A stretch of DNA of 64,000 bases from an uncultured Acidobacteriaceae bacterium (GCA_963830555.1 CAWHMM010000004.1:424064-488063), one strand, 5' to 3'. Positions 37,301-46,067 are shown, numbered from the stretch's first letter. Program-made: numbers and translations. Notes: generated by a model not told the origin, from the sequence alone.

Positions 37301-37856
37301 CAAAATTCGTGCCGGCGGGATACGAGTCCTGTACACCGGAGCCGGTGGTCTCGGTGACGCCGCCGGCCAGGAAAGTCAGTCCAAAGGGATCGCGGTTCGC
37401 CAGCGGAATCTGTATTAAATACTTGCTGCCGACATCGGTTCCCAGCGTGGCGTCGTCCGATTCAAGGAGCACCGGCACCGCGCTCACCGTGACGTCCGAG
37501 GTGACAGTGGCGGGATGAAGCGTGACGTTGAGCGTCGCCTGCTGGTTCACCGTCAGCGCGATGTTGTCCTGTTCCACGGTGCCGAAGCCCGGAGCCTTGA
37601 TCAGCATCTTGTATGTCGCCGGATGCAACGCCCGGATGCTGTACGCTCCGTTGCCGTCGCTCGCGCTATTGCGCGCCACATTGGTTGCGACATCCGTAAG
37701 CGTGATGTGAGCATTCGGAATGACTGCGCCCGATGCGTCACTGATCGTGCCGCGCAGGCCGGCCTCATTGATCGACTGCGCGCGAGCTGATGAGAGAAAC
37801 AGAACCGCGAGCACGACGAGCCAGGCCGCCGCCGCAAACCTTGATATCCGCATCAC
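34332..37856 (-). CDS. TonB-dependent-receptor-like outer membrane protein with carboxypeptidase-regulatory-like domain
   Basis: 1174 aa. Signal peptide MMRISRFAAAAWLVVLAVLFLSSARAQS. LRGTISDASGAVIPNAHITLT...GAYSIRALHPATYKMLI. Plug-like IPLANRDPFGLTFLAGGV. Terminal F. Confidence 0.9.
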   Translation of the reverse strand: MMRISRFAAAAWLVVLAVLFLSSARAQSINEAGLRGTISDASGAVIPNAHITLTDVATNVARNSASDGNGAYSIRALHPATYKMLIKAPGFGTVEQDNIALTVNQQATLNVTLHPATVTSDVTVSAVPVLLESDDATLGTDVGSKYLIQIPLANRDPFGLTFLAGGVTETTGSGVQDSYPAGTNFVSNGQRNATAEIRLDGNLTSAPEQGEGGTSNVFYQPSVEALQEFKVENNSFSAEYGNNGGTVVNTVMKSGTNQLHGSGWWYGQRSAFDARDFFNSGPVPDHQRDQYGFSVGGPIRKDRTFFFADLEVIRDRAPVNIVATVPTAAERTGDFSNTNTVDANGNLVLNQIFDPFSTQADGTRIPYANNQIPQGEVDPIGQKLLNYYPKPNQAGDPGVGTNNYRDVILSGDNSVQFDVKLDQNFSERSRLNLRYSFLHGNGNTPTVFFDDIYNDGLNFTTDVYNDGIEYTYTPTANTLWVSHFGVDRVAQPSFSKTPDPTTFGFPSYLDQNGISRMPAILPNSNGDYSRFTPLFSQCCVDTKFAHTLLNYSSSFSWTHGRHSFKFGGEQRLFYNNFFQPNYPTGLFSFDPTVSSSTPYDTNNGTEGNSFANMLIGYGDTGTITVSRAVADLSRETAFYGLDNWKVTPKLTLNLGMRYEWSTPYTERHNLEQFSDFNASSGVNLPVVGTVRGTTVFASGSQRTIPVDRNNWAPRVGFAYQVNDRTVVRGGAGVYYGMNVATNYQYPGTAFSSTPAVFFTKDNYVTRYATLENPYPTGIQDPQGKAYGKLAEWGLSNGNNLDLEKARNAEVYQWNIGLQQAFPWQVVLGLDYSANRSTHLPWGGYNSTSNRNFIPSAIRRQYTSDELSNLVTNPFQPMFNGPGAVFNEPESRYGDDVLPQINLLRPYPQFDGAFQGLPLLAAASWYNSLQVRFQKRANEYLSFEGNYTWAKAEDNSSTGFNAFVGNLNSGNPQELDNLRQEWSVSANDATNRFVTAVVAQLPFGRGRLIGSNMGHALDVVVGGWQGSTTFTFQTGQPMPISMANPRLADGNQRPDVVCPQVLTGISVHRAAFTNQPYLNAGCFSDPGDQQAGNAPRYFSNVRADGIHNFDVSFSKNITIARENQLELHADFFNFTNTPRFAFPAFAYEDPAFGIVNSTAAGYTPRHTQFGVRYQF

Positions 37857-37931
37857 AACCTCCCAAAAAGGTTTCCAGAACTCGGATTGGTTCCGATTAA
37901 CTTTCTTTTCATTGCTATTTATTTCGTATAG

Positions 37932-37952
37932 TGGCCTTTTGTATCCGTTTCA
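37932..37952. promoter_or_regulatory. possible degenerate copy of the T-rich 10-bp repeat operator (upstream of the 37856 TBDR-like gene)
   Basis: TGGCCTTTTG TATCCGTTTCA. It shares the heptamer CGTTTCA with the 43034 site and the C(T/C)TTTG ending with the 39021 site. It lies about 75-95 nt upstream of the start codon. The match is weak. Confidence 0.25.
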
Positions 37953-38114
37953 AAGGACACTGTCAAGGCGAATCGCAGATCCGGAGCGATGAGATTGGCA
38001 GCGGGAGTGCGGGGGCGCCTGAAATGAGCCCGTAGCCGATGGGCAGCGCGAGGGAGTTCCCGAGGTTACGGAGTGTTTCGCCTGCAGCGCCGACGGCTCT
38101 ACAGCAGCGAAGGA

Positions 38115-38918
38115 CTAAACCAGCGTGACCGCGATGCCCATGCCGCGCAGCGCGTCTTCGATGTCTTTGGGCAGGTCCTGGTCGGTGATGACGTGATGGA
38201 TCGCTCCGGGTGGAACAATGCGCGAGAGGCTGCGCCGGCTGAACTTTGTCGAGTCGCAGACCGCGATGACCTGCCGTGCGGCTTTCACCATTGCCCGGTT
38301 CACGCGCGACTCCAGAAAGTTCGGCGTCGTAAGCCCGACCTCCAGGTCAAATCCATCGACTCCGAGGAAGAGGATGTCAGCATGCAGCTCGTCGAGATTG
38401 TCTTCCGCAAGCGGGCCGACAAGCGAGAACGAATTCTTCCGCATCGTTCCGCCGACAAGAATGACTTCGAAATCCGTGCCGGCGAGTTCCGCGGCAATGT
38501 TCACCGCGTTCGTGATGATGGTGAGTTGCTTGAACCGCTTCAGCCCCTGCGCCACTGCAGTGGTCGTCGTGCCCGAATCCAGGATGATCGATTGGCCTTC
38601 TTCGACCAACTTCGTCGCCGCCGCGGCGATCCTTTCCTTCTCGCGAAAGTTCTGTTTCTGCTTTTCCTGGAGGGTCGGATCGACCAGCGCGCTCGATTGC
38701 ACGCGCAATGCTCCGCCATGCGAGCGCTGCACCACACCTTTCGACTGCAGATAATCTAGGTCCTTTCGGATCGTGATCTGCGAGATCTTCAGTTCGCCGG
38801 ACAGTTCGCTCACCAGCGCACGGCCCTGCTTCTGGATAAGCTCCAGAATGTGCTGCCGCCGTTCGTCGATCAGCATTTCCGGCCGTTCGGCCGCTCTTGC
38901 TTTCGTCCTTTTACCCAT
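38115..38918 (-). CDS. DeoR/GlpR family transcriptional regulator
   Basis: 267 aa. N-terminal HTH RQHILELIQKQGRALVSELSGELKISQITIRKDLDYLQSKG. C-terminal DeoR sugar-phosphate-binding-type domain (IILDSGTTTTAVA..., ILFLGVDGFD). Confidence 0.92.
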   Translation of the reverse strand: MGKRTKARAAERPEMLIDERRQHILELIQKQGRALVSELSGELKISQITIRKDLDYLQSKGVVQRSHGGALRVQSSALVDPTLQEKQKQNFREKERIAAAATKLVEEGQSIILDSGTTTTAVAQGLKRFKQLTIITNAVNIAAELAGTDFEVILVGGTMRKNSFSLVGPLAEDNLDELHADILFLGVDGFDLEVGLTTPNFLESRVNRAMVKAARQVIAVCDSTKFSRRSLSRIVPPGAIHHVITDQDLPKDIEDALRGMGIAVTLV

Positions 38919-39020
38919 GGATCACCCGATGACATCGCTGTGCGCGGCAAGAGGGATCATAACCCGGAACAGCAAGCCACTCACCTTTCGGCAGCCGTCC
39001 CAGGCCGCAAACTCTGTATA

Positions 39021-39040
39021 TTACGCTTTGTTACGTTTTG
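39021..39040. promoter_or_regulatory. two tandem 10-bp direct repeats, candidate DeoR-family operator upstream of the regulator gene
   Basis: TTACGCTTTG TTACGTTTTG (18/20 identical between the two units). Located in the 153-nt gap between the permease stop (39072) and the DeoR start (38918). Confidence 0.45.
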
Positions 39041-39071
39041 AGATCCATATGATAGCCAGCCGCGCGGCGGC

Positions 39072-40439
39072 TCACCCGTCAAACGAAGCGAGAGGATCGA
39101 CCTCGCTTCCCTGCCTTCTGCGCCGCAGCCAGTACAGCGCAAGCCCGATCAGGAGCCACACCGACCCGAGGATCTGCGCATTGTGGCCCAGATTGAGCCA
39201 GATGAAGCCGCACACCAGAAAGCCCAGCAGCGGCGCCAGCGCAGGCAGCCGCACCTTTTCCTTGCTGCGGTACTTGTAGTGGACCAGGGCCGCTGCGTTG
39301 ACGCCCATGAACGCGATAAACGCGCCAAAATTCAGCATCTCCGCGCCTTTTTCGTAGGTCAGCAGGAAGACGCCAATCAACGTGCATAAGCCTACCAGCA
39401 ACACATTGTTGCGCGGGATGGCGGTTTTCGCGCTCAGCGAACCGAAGACGCTCCGAGGCAGCGCATCGCTGCGCCCCATGCCATACAGCAGCCGCGCGGC
39501 GCCGAACTGCGCGGCCATGCCAGAACCCATATTCGCGATCAGCAGCGTGGCATTCAGCAGGTGGAACAGAAACTTGCCACCGATCCGCATCGCAACCTGA
39601 ACATATGCGGTGTCGACGATCGAGTTCGCGAACGGTACGCGATAGGGCCACGCGAGTTGCGCCACGTAGACCTCGATCGCCGAAAGAATGCCAATGAAAA
39701 GGCAGGTGAACACGGTGCCCAGCATGATGTTGCGCCGGGGATTCTCCACCTCCTCGGACATTGTCGAAATTCCGTCGAAGCCGATATAGGTCAGCACAGC
39801 AATCGACGTCCCGCGAAAGAGCCGCGACGCGGCAAAGTTGCCGGGGTCGTAGAAGGGCGTCAGCCACTCCCCTCCAATCGGGCGCGCAACAACGGCGAGA
39901 TAGCGAATGGCATAGGCCAGGAAGATCACCACCACCAGCCCCATCGCGCCGGCCAGCACCGCATTCAAGTTTCCGGAGCTCTTCACACCCAGAAGATTGA
40001 GCGCAGTGAAGAGCACGACGAATGAAACCGCCCAGGTGGCATAAGGAATGTCGGGTAGGATGTTGCGCGCAGCCGCGCTGCACCAGATGGCGCAGATGAT
40101 CGGGTTCAGTAGATAGTCCATCAGCATGGACCATCCCACGACATATCCGGCGAGCGGATGGATTTCTTTCCCCACATACGTGAACGCCGAGCCCGCGCTG
40201 GGATACACCCGGGCCATGCGACCGTAGCTCACGGCGGTAAACAGCATCGCCACCATGGCGATGAGGATGGTCGTCACCACATGGCCGCGGGCCTCGTTGC
40301 TGACCACGCCGTAGATGCCCATGGGCGCGGTCGGCTGAATGATGATGATGCCGTAGATGATGAGGTGCCAGAGCTTGAGCGTGCGCTTGAGATGAGGCGT
40401 GGTGGCCGTCGATTGCAGCGAGCTTGTATCAGCAGCCAT
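39072..40439 (-). CDS. APC superfamily permease (PuuP/PlaP-like amine/amino-acid transporter type)
   Basis: 455 aa and polytopic. N-terminal LKRTLKLWHLIIYGIIIIQPTAPMGIYGVV and AGSAFTYVGKEIHP blocks resemble the putrescine-importer subgroup as I recall it. Confidence 0.88.
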   Translation of the reverse strand: MAADTSSLQSTATTPHLKRTLKLWHLIIYGIIIIQPTAPMGIYGVVSNEARGHVVTTILIAMVAMLFTAVSYGRMARVYPSAGSAFTYVGKEIHPLAGYVVGWSMLMDYLLNPIICAIWCSAAARNILPDIPYATWAVSFVVLFTALNLLGVKSSGNLNAVLAGAMGLVVVIFLAYAIRYLAVVARPIGGEWLTPFYDPGNFAASRLFRGTSIAVLTYIGFDGISTMSEEVENPRRNIMLGTVFTCLFIGILSAIEVYVAQLAWPYRVPFANSIVDTAYVQVAMRIGGKFLFHLLNATLLIANMGSGMAAQFGAARLLYGMGRSDALPRSVFGSLSAKTAIPRNNVLLVGLCTLIGVFLLTYEKGAEMLNFGAFIAFMGVNAAALVHYKYRSKEKVRLPALAPLLGFLVCGFIWLNLGHNAQILGSVWLLIGLALYWLRRRRQGSEVDPLASFDG

Positions 40440-40504
40440 TCACTCTCCCAGGCGTTCAGCTTGCACGCCAGCTTGACGCTGATTCCGTTACCGCGTCGAT
40501 GTTG

Positions 40505-42982
40505 CTACTTCATCTCTTCACGCCGCCGCTTGGCCGCGGGAACATACTTCGTCGAGACCGCTCCGCGGATCGTGACCGTCCCGCTCTGTTCCGCAGATGA
40601 GCCGGCAATCCCCCTACTGCGCACCTTCGCCTGAAAGCTTCCCGCATGTGTGTACGCGTGACCCACGGCGGCGCCCGTGGCGGAGGTGCCGTCTCCGAAG
40701 TCCCAGACATATTCCAGCACCGGGTCCGCATCACTGGCTGGCCGTGCGACGAATTGTATCGTCTCACCGGCATTGCCCGTCGAAGGCATGGTCGCCACCA
40801 CGGCGGGCGAAGCAGCGGGAGCGTCAGTCCGGATCAGCTTCAGCACACGAACAGAATGGCTCGGCTGCGTGACGCTCACCGTCGCGCCGAGCGGCTGCGC
40901 AGCATCGCTACTCAGAACGTCGGTGTAAGTAAAACTTCCCTGCTCCGGCAATCCAAGCTCCGCGCGAGAGAGCGTACGGCTGCGCGACGCTTCCGTCCAG
41001 TTAAAGATCGTGACGATGGATTGCCGTCCATCCTCGTGCAGCAAAAAGATGCTGGGTTGCAGGTCCTCCGCCGCATAGCTCATCAGGTCCAGCGGTGTGG
41101 ACGCGCGTCCCAGGCGCGCCATGTCGAGCAGATCCTGGTTCTTTACCAGCGCGACCCGCTCCGCGTCTTCGCCCATCGTGGGCAGGTCGTCGCCAATCTC
41201 ATACATCCCGCCGGTGACGGCGCTGAGAGCGATGGACACCTTTGCTTCATCCAGCGTGAGCGGGTGCTGGCCGCCGTGCCAGCTCTGATCGTCGACCGTC
41301 TGCGCCGATACGGTGAATGCATCCGGATCGGCGATAAAGTAATTGCGATTCATGTAATAGCGCGCTGCCATCCCCGATGCCGCATCTTTACTGGATGAGA
41401 AGGTGTGCCCCGTGTCCTGAGAGATTCGTCCGGCATCCACCAGCCCCACCGGATTCAGCAACTCGCAGCCGTCCTTGTCCAGCAACACGTGCTCGCCTAC
41501 GGCCTTGCGAATGGTCTCGATCCCGATGCGCTGCGCTTCGAGTGCGGTCGTGCCGGGCACATGGTAGTACCCTTCGACGGCGCTGTCTTCCATAAAGTCC
41601 AGCTTGATGTAGCGAATCCCCCAGTCGCGCGCAAGCGTGCGATAGGTGCGCGTCAGATATTCCTGCGCGCCCGGGTTGGTTGCATCGAGCGCGTACAGCT
41701 GGTCGGTGTGCTCGGTCACGAAGCCAAGATGGATCGGCTTACCGTTCGCGTTGTGAACCAGCCACTCCGGATGATGCTCGAAGATCCACGAACGCTCCGA
41801 CACCTCAAACGGCGCCGTCCAGATGCCGGGCACCAGCCCCTTGCCGGCTGCCTGGCGCTCCAGCGCCGCCATTCCGTCCGGAAACAGCGCCGCGTCCGGC
41901 GTTGCATATTCTCCGCGCGCAAACTGATAGCCCTCGTCGATATGAAAGAAGGTATAGCCCAGCGGCTTCAGGTTCTGCGCCAGCCATTCGGCATTGGTCA
42001 GCGCCGTACCCTGATTCAAGCCGAAATAATACGCCGTCCAACTCCACCAGCCGATCGGTGTTGGCGCGGAGACTCGCGCGTGATGCAGCTCGCGAATCAG
42101 CCGGCCATAGGTATCCAACTGATGATGGTAATCGTCGCTGATACTGAATAACATCCGCTCGGAAGAAAGCTCCGCCCCTGGCGCGAGCGGAAGGCTCAGC
42201 TCCACGCGGTCCTCCGCCGGCGAACCCTCGAGCGAGTTCTCCTCCAGCAATTCCGTCGTCCCGGTCGAATCCACCTCGTAGGAGCGCGTTCGCGTGGAAT
42301 GCTCGCCATCCATGCGCAGTCGCAGCACGCTCAAAAATTTGTCCGAGGTCAACGTGCCCAGGAACCAGCTCTCATGGCTCTTCCGGTTGTAGATGAGCTG
42401 CACGCCCACCGCGCGATGCACCTGCTTCTCCGCATCGTTCAGGTCGCGAAGCTGCATCGCTGGCCGGTCCTCGCTGAAGCTGTCGGAGAGCACGCGGTCC
42501 GCCGCAGCATCGCCTCCCAGCCGCACGATCCCCGGCCCCGCCGCATCGAGCAGGCGCAGCCGCTGGACGTGCTGCGGAGTGCTCGTGGTGTTGTGCGCGG
42601 TGAGCTGAATGTCGCCGAACGGCTCGGCGGCGTAGGTCCGGATTCGAAGAATCAAATCTGGCGCACCGGCGAGTCCGGAGTATGAGACCGTCTGTTCCTC
42701 TGCACCGCTCAACTCCCCGCTCACACGGGCCGTCGCAACACGATGCTGCGGATAGTCACGGCCCGCAACCCATTTGCCGTCGACGAGTGCGGCAGGACCG
42801 GCGCTCAACACCGGACCTGTGATGCCGGCTGCTCCAATCGTGTACGCGCCGCTCTTCTGGTCAATGGATACGCGAAGCGCGCCCGACTGCGCGAAGCTGA
42901 AGAAACTGAAGGAACTGAAGAACAACATCGCGCCGGCCATCGCGATGTGTGAACAGAATTGCCGGTTCGGAAGTCTGCGCAC
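40505..42982 (-). CDS. secreted clan GH-D (GH36-type) alpha-galactosidase-like enzyme with C-terminal PKD domain
   Basis: 825 aa with a signal peptide. IGWWSWTAYYFGL, FFHIDEGYQ, nucleophile-type block GIRYIKLDFMED and acid/base-type block GRISQDTGHTF. C-terminal PKD-like YVWDFGDGTSATG...HAYTHAGSF. Confidence 0.8.
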   Translation of the reverse strand: MRRLPNRQFCSHIAMAGAMLFFSSFSFFSFAQSGALRVSIDQKSGAYTIGAAGITGPVLSAGPAALVDGKWVAGRDYPQHRVATARVSGELSGAEEQTVSYSGLAGAPDLILRIRTYAAEPFGDIQLTAHNTTSTPQHVQRLRLLDAAGPGIVRLGGDAAADRVLSDSFSEDRPAMQLRDLNDAEKQVHRAVGVQLIYNRKSHESWFLGTLTSDKFLSVLRLRMDGEHSTRTRSYEVDSTGTTELLEENSLEGSPAEDRVELSLPLAPGAELSSERMLFSISDDYHHQLDTYGRLIRELHHARVSAPTPIGWWSWTAYYFGLNQGTALTNAEWLAQNLKPLGYTFFHIDEGYQFARGEYATPDAALFPDGMAALERQAAGKGLVPGIWTAPFEVSERSWIFEHHPEWLVHNANGKPIHLGFVTEHTDQLYALDATNPGAQEYLTRTYRTLARDWGIRYIKLDFMEDSAVEGYYHVPGTTALEAQRIGIETIRKAVGEHVLLDKDGCELLNPVGLVDAGRISQDTGHTFSSSKDAASGMAARYYMNRNYFIADPDAFTVSAQTVDDQSWHGGQHPLTLDEAKVSIALSAVTGGMYEIGDDLPTMGEDAERVALVKNQDLLDMARLGRASTPLDLMSYAAEDLQPSIFLLHEDGRQSIVTIFNWTEASRSRTLSRAELGLPEQGSFTYTDVLSSDAAQPLGATVSVTQPSHSVRVLKLIRTDAPAASPAVVATMPSTGNAGETIQFVARPASDADPVLEYVWDFGDGTSATGAAVGHAYTHAGSFQAKVRSRGIAGSSAEQSGTVTIRGAVSTKYVPAAKRRREEMK

Positions 42983-43033
42983 GTCAGCCTTTCTCCTGCC
43001 AGGGGCTGCCAGGCAGGCGGAGCATAACCTTAC

Positions 43034-43063
43034 TTACGTTTCATAATGTTTGCTTAGTTTTGC
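43034..43063. promoter_or_regulatory. three tandem 10-bp T-rich direct repeats, candidate DeoR-family operator in the divergent GH36 / ROK promoter gap
   Basis: TTACGTTTCA TAATGTTTGC TTAGTTTTGC (unit consensus T-T/A-A-n-G-T-T-T-n-n). It lies 52-81 nt upstream of the GH36-type gene start (42982). The first unit is nearly identical to the units at 39021-39040. Confidence 0.45.
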
Positions 43064-43376
43064 AATCGCTCGGTAAGGTGTCAAGGAGATTCCCGCGCAG
43101 ACACCCCAAAGGCTGCGCTCAGGCTTCCGGCTGACACATCGCCGGGACTAATGGGATCGCGGATCTCAGTAAAACGCTTCGCGCTTTCGGTCATGTCTGG
43201 AAGCAATTATGGATAATGGTCAGGTGTAATTCCCGTTTCTTCGACATACGTAGCCGGCCCCCAGTCGGAATTGCTCAATCCTCCACTGCGTCCTGAACTG
43301 AGAGATCTGCATGCTCCACATCGCAATGGACCGGTCGACCGCCTGCTTTACCGGCGATGGCTGCGCAGGATAGCGC

Positions 43377-44303
43377 GTGCTCGCTTTAGCCATCGATCTA
43401 GGAGGCTCGCACGCAAGCGCAGCGCTCGTCAACGAAGCCGGCATCGTTGCGGAGCGCACGATCACGGCCACTGCCGAGAGTTTTCGCGGGATTCTTTCGC
43501 CTCTGGAAGCGATGGCTGCCGATCTACTCGAAGGCAGAATGTGCGATGGAATCGCCTTCGGCTTTCCTGGCGCAGTCGACTGCCGCACGTCCCGAGTGCT
43601 CGCCACCAACGCCAAATTTGAAGACGCACTCGAGTTCGACTTCCAGGCCTGGGCGGCCGGGCGTTTCGGGTGCCGCATTGTCCTTGACAATGACGCGCGC
43701 CTCGCGCTGATCGGCGAGCATCACGCCGGCGCAGCGCGCGGCTACCAGGATGTGGCGATGGTCCTGCTTGGCACGGGCATCGGAACGGCAGTGTTGGTCA
43801 ATGGCAAGCCACTCCGCGGTATCAGGAACCAGGCCGGCTCGCTCGCCGGCCATCTTCCTGTTGGCCTTCATGGCAGGCGCTGCACCTGCGGCGGCGCTGG
43901 ATGTGCCGAAGCGGAGGCCTCCACGTGGGCGCTCAGCACAGTGTGCCGCGAGTGGACAGGATTTTCGGAGAGCAAGCTCGCGCAATCCGGCACTCTCGAC
44001 TTCCGTGCGCTCTTCGCCGCCATCGACGCCGGTGACCGCGTGGCGAAAGAGGTCTTTGACCATTGCATGGATGTGTGGGGCACGCTCATCGTCGGCATTA
44101 CGCACGCCTACTCGCCGCAGATCATCCTCCTGGGAGGAGGCGTGCGCGCCCGCGCGAAGGACATTCTCCCCGGCCTGCAGGCCCGGCTCGATCGTGACGC
44201 GTGGACGCCGGGAGACGCGGTCACAATCAAAGCATCCGCTCTCGGCACGTCGGCAGCGCTGCACGCCGCGATCCCACTGCTTCAGGAGATCACACCCGCG
44301 TGA
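43377..44303 (+). CDS. ROK family sugar kinase
   Basis: 308 aa with a GTG start. LAIDLGGSH, DNDARLALIGE and the zinc motif CTCGGAGCAE are typical of ROK kinases. Confidence 0.88.
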   Translation: MLALAIDLGGSHASAALVNEAGIVAERTITATAESFRGILSPLEAMAADLLEGRMCDGIAFGFPGAVDCRTSRVLATNAKFEDALEFDFQAWAAGRFGCRIVLDNDARLALIGEHHAGAARGYQDVAMVLLGTGIGTAVLVNGKPLRGIRNQAGSLAGHLPVGLHGRRCTCGGAGCAEAEASTWALSTVCREWTGFSESKLAQSGTLDFRALFAAIDAGDRVAKEVFDHCMDVWGTLIVGITHAYSPQIILLGGGVRARAKDILPGLQARLDRDAWTPGDAVTIKASALGTSAALHAAIPLLQEITPA

Positions 44304-46033
44304 AGTCTCGCTCCACCTACGACCGTTTCCCAACCGTGCGCATCTCCGATTCGGACGAAGGCTGCCATGTCGGCTGGCAGCAGATCGCCGAAGCGCTGCA
44401 GCCTCTTCCGCCCGTTACCGTGGTCGAGGTCTATCCCGGCTGCGACACTGCCTCGATCGAACACGCACTCGCGTCCGCGCTCAAACCCGAGCTCATCATT
44501 CGCTCAGACGACGCATTTCTCCCGGCGGAGCAGGTCGGAAGCACCATCTATGCAACGCTCGGCACCGATCGCGTCTTCGCCTTCATGCGGCCGTGGAAGC
44601 TCGATGACTTCTTCTGCCCGGAAAAGCTTGCCGCCCTCCGCAGTCAGATCCGCGCTGCATCCGGCCCGGTGCTGGTCATCGGCACCGGCGCTGCCCTGAT
44701 CCCGGAGAAGGCCCCGCGCATCGTCTACGCTGACCTCTCCCGCTGGGAGATACAGGCGCGCCAGCGTGCACACCGTTGCGGAAACCTCGGCATCGACAAT
44801 CGCAACGCCTCGCCCGCCGAGCTATATCGCCGCGCCTTCTTTATTGAATGGCGCGCCGCTGACCTACTGAAACAATCTCTGTTACAGACAATCGACTTCC
44901 TGCTTGACACCCATCTTCCCGATGAGCCGAAGATGTTGCGAGGCGACCTATTTCGCGCCGCGCTCGCGAGCACTGCCCGCCGGCCCTTCCGCGTCGTTCC
45001 CTTCTTCGATCCCGGCCCGTGGGGCGGCCGATGGATGAAGGAGAAGTTCGATCTGCCCGATGGGCCGCCCAACTACGCATGGTGTTTTGACTGCGTGCCC
45101 GAGGAGAACAGCCTCCGCCTGGCCTTCGGTTCCTGCACCCTTGAAGTGCCGGCCCTCGATCTCGTCTTCTTCAAGCCGCAGGAGCTTCTCGGCGCGAACG
45201 TCTACGAATCCTTCGGAGCGGAATTCCCCATCCGCTTCGATTATCTCGACACGATGGGCGGCGGCAATCTGTCGCTGCAGGTCCACCCGCGCACCCAGTA
45301 CATCCGCGACGCCTTCGGAATGGCGTATACGCAGGACGAAAGCTACTACATGCTCGACGCGGGCACGGATGGCACGGTCTTCCTCGGACTCAGGGACAAT
45401 GCCGACCCCGCGGAGATGGAGGCGGACCTGCGGCTCGCGCAGCAAGATGCAACAAAGCGCTTCCCCGCGGAAGATTACGTGAACCAGTGGCCTGCCCGGA
45501 AGCACGACCACTTCCTCATCCCCGCAGGCACCGTTCACTGCTCCGGCCGCAACGGAGTCGTGCTGGAGATCAGCGCCATGCCCTACATCTTTACTTTCAA
45601 GCTTTGGGATTGGGGACGCATGGGTCTCGACGGCAGACCGCGGCCCATCCATCTCGACCACGGCCTCAAAAACATCGACTGGTCGCGCCGTGCGGAGTGG
45701 GTCAAGCAAAACCTGATCAATCAATTTGAAGAGCTTGCCTCCGGTCCCGGATGGCGCGAAGAGCGCACCGGCCTGCATCCGCTGGAGTTCATCGAGGCCC
45801 GCCGGCACTGGTTCACAGCACCCGTTCCTCACGACACAAACGGCACCGTGAATGTGCTCAATTTAGTCGAAGGCGGTCACGCCATCGTGGAAAGCCCCTC
45901 GGGCGCCTTCCCGCCGCTGGAGATTCATTACGGTGAAACCTTCATCGTGCCGGCCGCCGTTGGACCCTATACCGTCCGGCCGGCTCATGCAGTTACACAG
46001 CCAATGGCCACGATCAAAGCTAGCGTGCGGTAA
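44300..46033 (+). CDS. class I mannose-6-phosphate-isomerase-like cupin protein with long N-terminal extension
   Basis: The track ORF starts at 44201 inside the ROK gene. GTG 44300 overlaps the ROK stop (GTGA), suggesting translational coupling. PMI-type metal and substrate blocks are LSLQVHP, QDESYYML and IPAGTVHC. Confidence 0.75.
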   Translation: MKSRSTYDRFPTVRISDSDEGCHVGWQQIAEALQPLPPVTVVEVYPGCDTASIEHALASALKPELIIRSDDAFLPAEQVGSTIYATLGTDRVFAFMRPWKLDDFFCPEKLAALRSQIRAASGPVLVIGTGAALIPEKAPRIVYADLSRWEIQARQRAHRCGNLGIDNRNASPAELYRRAFFIEWRAADLLKQSLLQTIDFLLDTHLPDEPKMLRGDLFRAALASTARRPFRVVPFFDPGPWGGRWMKEKFDLPDGPPNYAWCFDCVPEENSLRLAFGSCTLEVPALDLVFFKPQELLGANVYESFGAEFPIRFDYLDTMGGGNLSLQVHPRTQYIRDAFGMAYTQDESYYMLDAGTDGTVFLGLRDNADPAEMEADLRLAQQDATKRFPAEDYVNQWPARKHDHFLIPAGTVHCSGRNGVVLEISAMPYIFTFKLWDWGRMGLDGRPRPIHLDHGLKNIDWSRRAEWVKQNLINQFEELASGPGWREERTGLHPLEFIEARRHWFTAPVPHDTNGTVNVLNLVEGGHAIVESPSGAFPPLEIHYGETFIVPAAVGPYTVRPAHAVTQPMATIKASVR

Positions 46034-46067
46034 ACGAACCAAGACCGCGGCATCCTCCAGGCCGTCT

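Noticed and set aside
39079-40134. 351-aa ORF in another minus-strand reading frame within the APC permease gene
   Set aside because: The permease frame gives a coherent polytopic transporter. The alternate frame is Arg/Gly/Ala-rich nonsense.
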